From assembly GCA_015233675.1 (NCBI GenBank), contig JADFXH010000001.1, forward strand, positions 140,563 through 204,562: 64,000 nucleotides of DNA. The letters are read 5' to 3'. Positions 1 to 8,402 of this stretch are shown one piece after another. Numbering within the stretch: position 1 is the stretch's first letter; each line of letters opens with the position of its first letter. Below the pieces are notes generated by a model. The model was not told the origin of the DNA. It ran no database searches and worked only from the letters and a program-made list of their open reading frames with translations. Position numbers and translations under genes: made by a program. This DNA comes from Candidatus Omnitrophota bacterium. GTDB lineage: Bacteria > Omnitrophota > Gorgyraeia > Zapsychrales > Fredricksoniimonadaceae.

Positions 1-154
1 GGCCCAAAACCACATTAGCTAAGGAATCCCCCACTAATATAATGTCAATACCTGCCCCATCCGCAAAAAAAGCCATGGGATAATCATAAGCTGTTAGCAT
101 CGTGATTGGCTCTTTTTTAGATTTTTGAGCTATGATCTCTTTGACTGTTTTCAT
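1..154 (-). CDS. panB: 3-methyl-2-oxobutanoate hydroxymethyltransferase (PanB), first 51 codons only; gene runs off the left edge
   Basis: Not in the ORF track (too short within the window). Manual translation from ATG at 154 gives [51 protein letters not shown], which matches the conserved PanB N-terminus (MLTAYD...ILVGDS). It starts 3 nt after the upstream stop codon. Confidence 0.8.
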   Translation of the reverse strand, partial: MKTVKEIIAQKSKKEPITMLTAYDYPMAFFADGAGIDIILVGDSLANVVLG

Positions 155-157
155 ATG

Positions 158-1507
158 TCATTTTAAATATTCAATGATTTTTTGCGCCGCGGCTTTTCCG
201 CCGGCGATGGCATCTACGACTGAACCGCCGCCCGTAACGACACTGCCGCAGCCAAATACCTTATCTATACTGGTCATGCCGCTCTGGGCATCAGCCCACA
301 AAGAGCCATCATTGTCCCATTTTAACTGAGGCAAATAATTCTTCAATAAATCATTGGGCCGCTGACCATTGGCGATGATCACCGTCTGTGCCTCTAAAAT
401 AACGGACTTGTCTTGAGACGGTTCAAGCTTTAAACCATTCTTTCCATCAACGATATCTAATTTACGGCATTTAACGCCCTGAACAAAGCCAGCGGCGTCA
501 CCTACCATCTCAAGGGCTTTTATCGAATGAATTTCTATCCCTTCTTCTCTCGATTCCTTTAGAATATCATGATCGACACCTGCCTGCTCCTCAAACCCTT
601 CGAAGATGACTTGAACCTTGCCGCCTAAACGCACGATTAGACGCGCCGCATCAAAAGCTGACTGCCCACAGCCGATAACCACCGTGTTGGGTCCACCTAT
701 CATCTGCCTTCGGGCTGCTTGCAAAGCATCTTCTTTTTTAATCGCTTGTAACCGGTACAAAAATTCCTTATCGTAAAAAACACCGCCAAGGCTGCTGCCC
801 GGCAGATCACTAAAAATTGGCAGGCCGGCTCCTGTAGCCAAGAGTATTGCTGAAAAGCCGCGCATAAATAACTCGTCAGTCATCATAGTGCGGCCAAACA
901 CTACATCCGTTTGAATTTCCACCCCCCACCTTTTTAATTGGGAAAACTGCTCATCGAGAACTTTCTGCGGCAGGCGGAATTCCGGGACCGTGTAGCGCAA
1001 GAACCCTCCGGGTTCATGCGCTGCCTCAAAAATAGTAACGCTAAAATTCATCTTAGCCAGATAATAAGAAGCGCTCATCCCTGCAGGGCCAGCGCCTATG
1101 ATGGCAACCTTTTTCCCCCCAAGAGCTAAAGACAGTTTTTCTGCTTTGGATTGGCCGAAATCAGCGGCAAAACGCTCAAGCCCGCGAATCGAAATCGGAT
1201 TCCCGTCTGATTGGAAAACGCATGCCTGCTCGCAAGGTGCCGGACAAATGCGGCCGCAAATCGCCGGAAAAGGATTCTCTTGTTTTATACGCTCAAGAGC
1301 TAAAACAGTATCCCCTTCGCGTAAAAAACGGATAAACCCCGGTATATCGATCCCAAGCGGACAGCCGGGCAAACACGCAGCCATCGCGCATTGCGGACAA
1401 CGGCGCGCTTCGTCTTGAGCTATTTTTTTGCTGAGACCCAAAGAGACTTCACCAAGGCTGCGAACCCTGGTCTCCTTGGGACGATAGGATGGGGTTGGTT
1501 TTCCCAT
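158..1507 (-). CDS. nfnB: GltD-like NADPH-dependent FAD/Fe-S oxidoreductase (large subunit of an NfnAB / SudAB-type ferredoxin:NADP oxidoreductase)
   Basis: Has N-terminal Cys clusters (CPQC..., CGRICPAPCEQAC), then the GKKVAIIGAGPAGMSASYYLA dinucleotide fold and a second GxGxxA motif. It is paired with a SudB/NfnA-like partner directly upstream. I moved the start to ATG 1507 (MGKPTPSYRPKE...); the track start at 1636 would overlap the upstream gene by 217 nt. Confidence 0.8.
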   Translation of the reverse strand: MGKPTPSYRPKETRVRSLGEVSLGLSKKIAQDEARRCPQCAMAACLPGCPLGIDIPGFIRFLREGDTVLALERIKQENPFPAICGRICPAPCEQACVFQSDGNPISIRGLERFAADFGQSKAEKLSLALGGKKVAIIGAGPAGMSASYYLAKMNFSVTIFEAAHEPGGFLRYTVPEFRLPQKVLDEQFSQLKRWGVEIQTDVVFGRTMMTDELFMRGFSAILLATGAGLPIFSDLPGSSLGGVFYDKEFLYRLQAIKKEDALQAARRQMIGGPNTVVIGCGQSAFDAARLIVRLGGKVQVIFEGFEEQAGVDHDILKESREEGIEIHSIKALEMVGDAAGFVQGVKCRKLDIVDGKNGLKLEPSQDKSVILEAQTVIIANGQRPNDLLKNYLPQLKWDNDGSLWADAQSGMTSIDKVFGCGSVVTGGGSVVDAIAGGKAAAQKIIEYLK

Positions 1508-2295
1508 GACCGCGACTCCAATGCATTCATGCGTTGTGACAAGTCCTGATAATCCACCATATGTCCGTCGAATTCCGGCCCATCGGTACACGCCAGGAGG
1601 TGTTTTCCATCTATTTTTACCCTGCAGGATCCGCACAGCCCCAAACCATTGACCATATACGGATTTAATGTCACCCTCAAGGGGATATTTTTTGCTTTAG
1701 TCATACGCGCAGCGGCCTGCATCATCTCAACCGAACCAATGGCGTAAACTCGATGGACAGTATATCTATTCAATAGTTCTTTCAAAAGATCTGAGGCCAA
1801 ACCGCGACGTTCATAGCTTCCGTCATTAGTCGTGATAAACACTTCATCACAAACCACTCTCATTTGAGACTCTAACATCAATACTTTCTTGGACTTAGCC
1901 CCGACAATACCGATAACTTTATTACCCTTTTTCTTTAAGCCGCGGCAAACAGGTAAAATTTGCGCCGCTCCAATACCAGTGGCCACACAAATAACCAAGC
2001 CATATTTGTCCATCTGAGCTGCCCTGCCCAGAGGGCCAACCATCTGATAAAGGCTCTCCCCGATAGAAAGATCGCCTAATTTTCGAGTTGCCGGCCCCAC
2101 TTCATGGACAATCAAGGAAATTACACTGCGACGCTCGTCACTGTCAACGATGGCCATAGGGATATTATGCTCACCCAAAACAGGCGTCACCATCACAAAC
2201 TGACCGGGCAAAGCACGGGACGCAATGACAGGCGCCGTGATATCGATCTTCTTGATATCCTGAGCGATGACTTGCTTATGAATAATCTTGTACAT
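1420..2295 (-). CDS. nfnA: Sulfide/dihydroorotate dehydrogenase-like FAD/NAD-binding electron-transfer subunit (NfnA/SudB-like)
   Basis: The 291-aa product has a ferredoxin-reductase-type layout with a C-terminal Cys cluster (CGSCRVKIDGKHLLACTDGPEF). It is adjacent to and overlaps the GltD-like partner. Confidence 0.75.
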   Translation of the reverse strand: MYKIIHKQVIAQDIKKIDITAPVIASRALPGQFVMVTPVLGEHNIPMAIVDSDERRSVISLIVHEVGPATRKLGDLSIGESLYQMVGPLGRAAQMDKYGLVICVATGIGAAQILPVCRGLKKKGNKVIGIVGAKSKKVLMLESQMRVVCDEVFITTNDGSYERRGLASDLLKELLNRYTVHRVYAIGSVEMMQAAARMTKAKNIPLRVTLNPYMVNGLGLCGSCRVKIDGKHLLACTDGPEFDGHMVDYQDLSQRMNALESRSWENQPHPIVPRRPGFAALVKSLWVSAKK

Positions 2296-2296
2296 A

Positions 2297-2467
2297 TTAA
2301 AAAAACATCCACGGTGGAGGCATAGGCAGGGTTGATGCCACCCCTAACGCCTGGCCGGCTAAACCAAACATGCCGCCAATGATCTGCCCCGGAAGACTTA
2401 AAAGCTCACAACCGCTTTGAGTTAAACAAACCATCAACAGCAAAAGAAAAAGCCATTTTCTAGACAT
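2297..2467 (-). CDS. Small (56 aa) putative lipoprotein, absent from the ORF track
   Basis: Manual translation gives MSRKWLFLLLLMVCLTQSGCELLSLPGQIIGGMFGLAGQALGVASTLPMPPPWMFF. It has a hydrophobic signal, a lipobox-like SGC, and a Gly-zipper-like mature part. Its stop lies 1 nt before the nfnA start. Confidence 0.5.
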   Translation of the reverse strand: MSRKWLFLLLLMVCLTQSGCELLSLPGQIIGGMFGLAGQALGVASTLPMPPPWMFF

Positions 2468-2498
2468 TATACGCAATCTCTAAGAAACACTTGCCGCA

Positions 2499-4454
2499 TC
2501 ATTTAACCAAAAACTCCGTTTCTAAAATTTTATCGTCAAAACGTATGGTGACCGCCTGGGCGTCGATAGACTCCAAGCCTTTTAAAACCGGAAATATTAG
2601 ATTTTCCATATTATACATAGTCAATTTAGCTGATTGAGCCCCTAAAGCGTAATTCTCCAAAAGACGGGCCAGGCCCTCTTTTTGTTCTATATAATCAGCG
2701 ATGTCCCCGCGGATAGATTTCTCTTCACGGGTTAAATTCTCTATTGCGCCGTTAACCAACGCCGGATCATCAAGAGATTTTTCTAACAACGGAGCCTCTT
2801 TAAGTTGATTTAATTTTTTTTGGGCTAAAACTAACTCTGCTTTCTTATCAGCAATAGCCTGGTCTAATTCCTGTTTTTTATTAGCTCCATCCTGTTTATA
2901 AGTCGCGGCTATGGAAACCTGACCGGACAAATATTTATCAACCCACCCCAGAAAATCCTGGGCCCGACGGGACAATTCAGAAGTTTTCATAAGGGTCACC
3001 GAATGGAATTTTCCCCCGTTAGCTAAGCTGAATTGCTCTACCGCGTCATCAGAAACAATGGAACGCAGTGAATCATCATAGGCATCAATGGACCTTTTAA
3101 GCAACTGACGGGTGGTGGCCATTAACAAATAGTCGCCCAGAAAGCTATAGCCCGGATCCATATTAGCCCCTAACGGCAAAGAGATATAATGAATATCCAC
3201 ATGATTATATTTTTCATTTTGCAGCAGAACGACTGAATTGTGGGTCAACTTATCCAGCAGGCGCTCTGCCCCCGGACGGTCATGTATTTTTACAAAAACC
3301 AAAAGACGGGGAAAAGGATAAGTGCCCTGCATATCGACATCGGTCAAATAACCGCCGATCTCATGGCCTAAGACAGGCAAAACATCCTTTCTAATATTGA
3401 TATGGAAATGTTTTTCTACTCTATGTTTGAACTTAACGACTCCTCGGGCCAATTCAGGGTATTCTTCCAGTTTCTGTTTGGCAGATACCCAAGACTGATC
3501 AAGATCATAACAACCTCCCCAGTTATACACAATGGCACTGGCCGGCACTAATTTCAAGGTGTCGTTAGCCAGAGCCGGGCAGGCAAAAACCTTTTGCATC
3601 CCGGAGGACACAAATTTTTCATCTATTCCCACCATTATTTTATATTTACTAACCGCCCCGGACATATATGACAGGCCGCACACCGGGAAGGCCGCCGTTT
3701 GATAGCCTAAAGGTGTTAGCTTGGAATCCATTACCCCTCGCCACAAATCCGAAAACAAATTAAGATTAACAAAAACCAACCCATCGCCCGTCGGATATGC
3801 ATTTCGGCGAACAAAATTAAATGAAAGGTCTTCTTGCAGAGGCCCATGTTTATGCCGATAAACATCCACCACATCTTCTAAATGCCCTAAAGACTCTGGA
3901 GCAACGATCAACAGGTCCCTGATACGCACATAGGCTAGTCCTAAACCCTGCCTTTTAAATAAAATATGGTTGATGGTCCTCCCAAGGTATTTTTGCCCCC
4001 TTACGCTGACATCATCCCCCCAATGATGAAAAACCTGGCCTAAAAATTCCGCTATCCTCGTCGATAATGTCAACCTGAAAATGACAAAAACTTGATAGGA
4101 ACCGCCCTGCCGATAAACAGCCACCGCGGCTTCTTTATCCAACAGCTTTTTGATATAAGGATTGTCCCCAAATTTTACCAAATATTCCTGCCAACGCTTA
4201 AGATCCCCGATGTCTTTTGAAGAGAAATTATTACGATTCAAAATATCCGGCAAATCAATGGCCGCTATGTTCTTCCCAAAATCTGAACGGGTCACTTGAT
4301 TGATATGTTCTTGAACATGCGCCAACCGGGCAAAAACCAGCGGATGAGACGGCAATACCCGCTCTACTGATAATCCGGGACGTTGAAACCAGAACAAAAG
4401 TCCTGTGATCACAGCTAAAATAATGATAACCGCTAAAATAATTTTATTTTTCAT
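2499..4454 (-). CDS. Membrane-anchored protein of unknown function with C-terminal coiled coil
   Basis: The 651-aa ORF has an N-terminal TM helix (IILAVIIILAVITGLLFWF), a large soluble domain, and a heptad-like C-terminus (KKQELDQAIADKKAELVLAQKKLNQLKE). I recognise no family. Confidence 0.7.
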   Translation of the reverse strand: MKNKIILAVIIILAVITGLLFWFQRPGLSVERVLPSHPLVFARLAHVQEHINQVTRSDFGKNIAAIDLPDILNRNNFSSKDIGDLKRWQEYLVKFGDNPYIKKLLDKEAAVAVYRQGGSYQVFVIFRLTLSTRIAEFLGQVFHHWGDDVSVRGQKYLGRTINHILFKRQGLGLAYVRIRDLLIVAPESLGHLEDVVDVYRHKHGPLQEDLSFNFVRRNAYPTGDGLVFVNLNLFSDLWRGVMDSKLTPLGYQTAAFPVCGLSYMSGAVSKYKIMVGIDEKFVSSGMQKVFACPALANDTLKLVPASAIVYNWGGCYDLDQSWVSAKQKLEEYPELARGVVKFKHRVEKHFHINIRKDVLPVLGHEIGGYLTDVDMQGTYPFPRLLVFVKIHDRPGAERLLDKLTHNSVVLLQNEKYNHVDIHYISLPLGANMDPGYSFLGDYLLMATTRQLLKRSIDAYDDSLRSIVSDDAVEQFSLANGGKFHSVTLMKTSELSRRAQDFLGWVDKYLSGQVSIAATYKQDGANKKQELDQAIADKKAELVLAQKKLNQLKEAPLLEKSLDDPALVNGAIENLTREEKSIRGDIADYIEQKEGLARLLENYALGAQSAKLTMYNMENLIFPVLKGLESIDAQAVTIRFDDKILETEFLVK

Positions 4455-4479
4455 ATTTTTATAGGGGCCCTGACCCTGG

Positions 4480-4680
4480 TTCTGCTAAAAATCCGCTTCC
4501 AAATGACGCGGGGCCTGTCCTTAGTCTCAACGTTAAGGTGCTCCTCAGACGGGGGACAACCTTAACAGCAGCACCAACGGTGGTTTCCCCTAAACCTCCC
4601 CCTTGTGCAGGTGCCGTGCGCGCCTTAACATTGAGACTAAGGACACCCGCTAATCCATGTTTTCATAAAAATTCTGACAC
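4480..4680. mobile_element. Copy 1 of a ~200-bp hairpin-rich intergenic insertion element (MITE-like), flanked by 7-bp direct repeat ACCCTGG
   Basis: By-eye alignment gives about 90 percent identity to 13249-13448. Internal 22-nt inverted repeats lie at 4517-4538 and 4623-4644 (21 of 22 complementary). Direct repeats ACCCTGG lie at 4473-4479 and 4682-4688. Confidence 0.6.
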
Positions 4681-4693
4681 AACCCTGGCCCTA

Positions 4694-5458
4694 TTAAATC
4701 CTAAAAAATGTTCTCGCATTGGCGTTTACCGCAGCCAAGGTCTTTTGCGCATCCAAATTCTTTAACAGGGCCAACGCCTTCAATGTTCTTATCACATCTT
4801 TTGGTTCGGCCGCAAAAACCGTTTCTCCATCTTTATAATTGACCGGCGAATCTGTTTCAACAAGAATCCTTCCTATCGGAGCATGCGACATGGCCTTCTG
4901 TGACTCAGGACTATAGGCAACACTGGGAGATGTCGACACATAAAAACCAGCCTCAAGGATTTTATCAAGAATCTCTACAGGGCCGCTGTACCAGTGAAAT
5001 AACGCCCGCGTTACTCCGTACTCAAGGCTCAACTTCAAACAATCCCTCCATGCCCCGCGGCTATGAATGACAATAGGCAGATCAAACTCGCGGGCCAAAC
5101 CTAAATGAAAGCGGAAGGAATCTTTTTGCTTTTGACGCTCCGTTTCATCTTTGCGTACCCATTTATACCAATAATCCAAACCAGTTTCACCGATGGCACA
5201 GGCCTGTTTGATGTTCGAGCGCATAAAATCACAAGCCGTCTGCAAGGTGTCCGGTTGGACCTTCCCCGGATGCACGCCTAAAGCAGGATGAATTTTAGGC
5301 TGCCGGTATTGACCCGCTAACTTCAAAAGCCTACTCATGGAACCCAAATCAACGCTCATGGCCACTATGTCACTGACTCCCGCTTCGTGCGCCCGCATCA
5401 AGGAACCAGACAAGTCCTCTATTTCATCAATGTGGGCATGAGAATCAATGATGGTCAT
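4694..5458 (-). CDS. tatD: TatD-family metal-dependent hydrolase/DNase
   Basis: Carries MTIIDSHAHIDE at the N-terminus, HWYSG and VETDSP motifs, and has the 254-aa length typical of TatD. Confidence 0.85.
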   Translation of the reverse strand: MTIIDSHAHIDEIEDLSGSLMRAHEAGVSDIVAMSVDLGSMSRLLKLAGQYRQPKIHPALGVHPGKVQPDTLQTACDFMRSNIKQACAIGETGLDYWYKWVRKDETERQKQKDSFRFHLGLAREFDLPIVIHSRGAWRDCLKLSLEYGVTRALFHWYSGPVEILDKILEAGFYVSTSPSVAYSPESQKAMSHAPIGRILVETDSPVNYKDGETVFAAEPKDVIRTLKALALLKNLDAQKTLAAVNANARTFFRI

Positions 5459-5895
5459 TTGCTATCGATAATCAAAGTCACAGGACCGTCGTTAATTAGA
5501 GAAACATCCATCATCGCTTTAAACTGTCCGGTCTCAACTACAACATTCGTGGCCTTTAGTTGCATCACAAAATAATTATATAATTCTTCGCCGCGAGCGG
5601 GATCCGCAGCTTCATCAAAAGAGGGCCTGCGGCCTTTATCGCAATTGCCGTACAAAGTAAATTGCGAAACAACCAAAAATTGAGCATTGGCTTGCCTTGC
5701 TGAAACATTCATCTTACCTTGCGCATCTTCAAAAATACGTAATTCCGTAATTTTTTTAATCAGGTAATCCGCACACGCGGAATCATCATCCCGGGCAACA
5801 CCTAAAAAAATCAGTATCCCATGGGCAATCCGGCCTATCACCTGGCCTGCCACTTTAACCTGTGCCTCTTTAACCCTTTGAATGACCGCGCGCAT
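5455..5895 (-). CDS. dtd: D-aminoacyl-tRNA deacylase
   Basis: The 146-aa product carries MRAVIQRV...GILIFLGV...SQFTLYG, the canonical Dtd signature. Confidence 0.9.
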   Translation of the reverse strand: MRAVIQRVKEAQVKVAGQVIGRIAHGILIFLGVARDDDSACADYLIKKITELRIFEDAQGKMNVSARQANAQFLVVSQFTLYGNCDKGRRPSFDEAADPARGEELYNYFVMQLKATNVVVETGQFKAMMDVSLINDGPVTLIIDSK

Positions 5896-6005
5896 ATATA
5901 ATATTCTATCTTGGATTTTTAATTATAGGTTCTCCTCCGGTAAGCGTCAATGAAATAAAGGACTTAAGTTTGACAAGGCCCTGCCTTTATGTTACAAAAT
6001 CATGG

Positions 6006-8255
6006 ATGAACCTTAAAGAACTTCTAACAAAGCACTCTTTCCCTCAACCAGTCATCGATGTCCTGACCGAATCCGGCATTACTACCCTGCACCCACCCCA
6101 GGCTGAAGCCATCCGTAAAGGAGTATTAGATAAAAAAAACGTGGTCATGGCCGTGCCTACAGCTGCCGGTAAAACCCTGGTCGCCGAGCTGTGCATGCTT
6201 AAATCCATCCTCCAAGAAGGGGGCAAAGCTTTGTACATCGTTCCGCTAAAAGCCCTGGCCAGCGAAAAATACCACGACTTTAAGAAAAAATACGAATCTT
6301 TAGGGATCAAAATCGGCATTGCCACCGGGGACCTGGATTCGCCCGGAAAATATCTTGACCGCTATCAAATATTGATCGCAACCGCTGAGAAAGTCGATTC
6401 CATCCTGCGTTCAAAAGCCGGATGGCTGATCAACTCCCTTACGGTCATTGTCCTGGATGAAATTCATTTTATCAACGATGAAGGCCGGGGGCCGACACTC
6501 GAAATCTTAACCGCCCGCATCAAACAATTAAAACCGGGTATTCAAATTTTAGCCCTTAGCGCCACTATCAGTAACGCACAGGAAATTGCCGGCTGGCTGG
6601 ATGCCAATCTTGCCCTTAGCCATTGGCGGCCCATCCCCCTTAAAGAAGGGGTTTATTTTAATGAGAAAATCATGTTTAACAACGATTCCATCCGCTTAGT
6701 TAAAGAGGATGCAGACGTAGACCTAAACAAACTCACGATGGACACTCTTCGCGGCGGCGGGCAGGTCTTGGTCTTTGTCAATTCCAGGCGCAGTGCCCAA
6801 GCCGCGGCACGTGAATTATGCCCCTCTGTCATAACCATCCTTAAAAGTGAAGAACAAAAAATACTCAATGATTTGGCCAACGAGATAAGCGAAGACCATT
6901 CTGCCACCAAAGTTTGCAAAAAATTAGGGGAAATCGTCAAAAACGGCTGCGCTTTTCACCATGCGGGGCTCACCCCCAAACAACGCCATTTAATCGAAGA
7001 CCATTTTAAAAGAAACATCATTAAGGTCATCTGTTCAACGCCAACTCTTGCCGCCGGCGTCAATCTTCCAGCCCGCCGGGCCATCATCCGCGACTGCAAA
7101 CGTTATGCCAGCGGTCTGGGATCAGTGTATATTTCTACCTCCGAATACAAGCAGTGCGCCGGCCGGGCCGGCCGCCCTCAATACGATGATTACGGAGAAG
7201 CCGTCCTGATGGCTAAATCCCTTTCAGAACAAAATACTTTGTTTGAAAAATTTATTTTAGCCAAACCGGAACCTGTGACTTCCAAACTGGGCTCTGAAGC
7301 GGCCCTTCGCATCCATATCCTGTCTTCCATCGCCGCGGGTTATGTGCACGATATCACCAGCATGTTCGATTTTCTTAATCATACCTTCCTTTCTTACCAG
7401 CGCCAAGGGATTGATCTGGTTAGCTTAGTCGGAAATATTTTTGAATATCTGCATAAAAATGGGTTTATCGACAAAAGCGGCTTTAAATATTTCACCACTC
7501 CTTTTGGCAACACCACCAGCCGCCTTTACATTGACCCCATGACCAGCCTTATCTTACGCGAAGGCCTGACCAAAATCCATGAGGGTAAATCATTTTCCAC
7601 CTACGGCCTTTTGCATATGCTGACCTGCTGTCCCGACAGTGAATTGTTAAATGTAGGCAAAAGCGATTACGAAGAATTGGAGAATTTAAGCCAAAAACTC
7701 GAAGACGAATTAATTATAACTCCCGACGGCCTGTCCATGCTGCAGGATGTCTACACCTATTACGCTACGCTCAAAACCATGTGGCTGTGGTCACGCTGGA
7801 TCGACGAAGACAAAGAAGAATCCATGTGCGATGATTTCAACGTAGGACCGGGGGATATTTACCGCCATGTGGAATCCGCCGGGTGGCTGCTGCACGCCGC
7901 GGGCATGATCGCCCAACTTCTCCACTATAAAAAAATGACCTTTGATTTGGAAGCCCTGCGCTTGCGCGTACGCTACGGGATCAAAGAAGAACTGCTGGAA
8001 TTAGCCGCCCTGGAAGGTGTGGGGCGCATCCGGGCGCGCATACTCTTTAAACATGGCTATCACACGTTGGCGGATTTAAAACCAGCCACCGCTGATCATT
8101 TAGCTTCCATCAAAACTATCGGCAAATCCCTTGCCCAAAGCATCGTCCAACAACTACATGCCCCCCTCACCAAACGCTTTGCCACTAAAAAATATTCCCC
8201 CATGGAGCCGGATACCCAGCCCGTTGCCGAAATCAACGAAGTCTGGACGGATTAA
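6006..8255 (+). CDS. Hel308/Hjm-type (Ski2-like) superfamily 2 DNA helicase
   Basis: SF2 motifs present: LHPPQAEAI (Q-motif region), AVPTAAGKT (Walker A), DEIH, SAT, and HHAGL...QCAGRAGR. These are followed by WH/ratchet-length sequence and a C-terminal helix-hairpin-helix (LAALEGVGRIRARILFKHGYHTLADL). The start is placed at ATG 6006; the track uses TTG 5970. Confidence 0.8.
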   Translation: MNLKELLTKHSFPQPVIDVLTESGITTLHPPQAEAIRKGVLDKKNVVMAVPTAAGKTLVAELCMLKSILQEGGKALYIVPLKALASEKYHDFKKKYESLGIKIGIATGDLDSPGKYLDRYQILIATAEKVDSILRSKAGWLINSLTVIVLDEIHFINDEGRGPTLEILTARIKQLKPGIQILALSATISNAQEIAGWLDANLALSHWRPIPLKEGVYFNEKIMFNNDSIRLVKEDADVDLNKLTMDTLRGGGQVLVFVNSRRSAQAAARELCPSVITILKSEEQKILNDLANEISEDHSATKVCKKLGEIVKNGCAFHHAGLTPKQRHLIEDHFKRNIIKVICSTPTLAAGVNLPARRAIIRDCKRYASGLGSVYISTSEYKQCAGRAGRPQYDDYGEAVLMAKSLSEQNTLFEKFILAKPEPVTSKLGSEAALRIHILSSIAAGYVHDITSMFDFLNHTFLSYQRQGIDLVSLVGNIFEYLHKNGFIDKSGFKYFTTPFGNTTSRLYIDPMTSLILREGLTKIHEGKSFSTYGLLHMLTCCPDSELLNVGKSDYEELENLSQKLEDELIITPDGLSMLQDVYTYYATLKTMWLWSRWIDEDKEESMCDDFNVGPGDIYRHVESAGWLLHAAGMIAQLLHYKKMTFDLEALRLRVRYGIKEELLELAALEGVGRIRARILFKHGYHTLADLKPATADHLASIKTIGKSLAQSIVQQLHAPLTKRFATKKYSPMEPDTQPVAEINEVWTD

Positions 8256-8347
8256 TGTGGATACTCCATGCGCGTGAAGGAGAAACAGTTATTATGTTTA
8301 GCTCTTCGGAGTTTTGAATGGGGAAAATCAGAGGCGTCCAATGGTGG

Positions 8348-8367
8348 ATTCCCGCTTGCGCAGGAAT
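8348..8367. repeat. REP-like GC hairpin (ATTCCCGC-TT-GCGcAGGAAT) between convergent genes; possible bidirectional terminator
   Basis: The stem-loop is visible in the sequence. Translated, it gives the VDSRLRRND / PACAGMT-type pseudo-peptides that I associate with a widespread intergenic hairpin repeat. Confidence 0.35.
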
Positions 8368-8402
8368 GACATAATCTTCATAAGAACGGCATAATCTTTG
8401 CT

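Noticed and set aside
938-1418. Plus-strand ORFs (63 and 106 aa) antisense to the GltD-like gene, and similar short antisense ORFs listed throughout the track (for example 6044-6325, 16263-16664, 29158-33853, 60320-61708).
   Set aside because: All lie fully inside longer ORFs that have strong family motifs on the opposite strand, and none has a recognisable motif of its own.
4480-4680. Interpreting the two-copy 200-nt element as a known riboswitch or leader. I compared it by eye with c-di-GMP-I/II, TPP, cobalamin, glycine, T-box, ZTP and ykkC consensus features.
   Set aside because: None of the signature boxes is present. The flanking direct repeats and reconstructable empty sites point to an insertion event, so I report it as a mobile structured element with possible regulatory side-effects.
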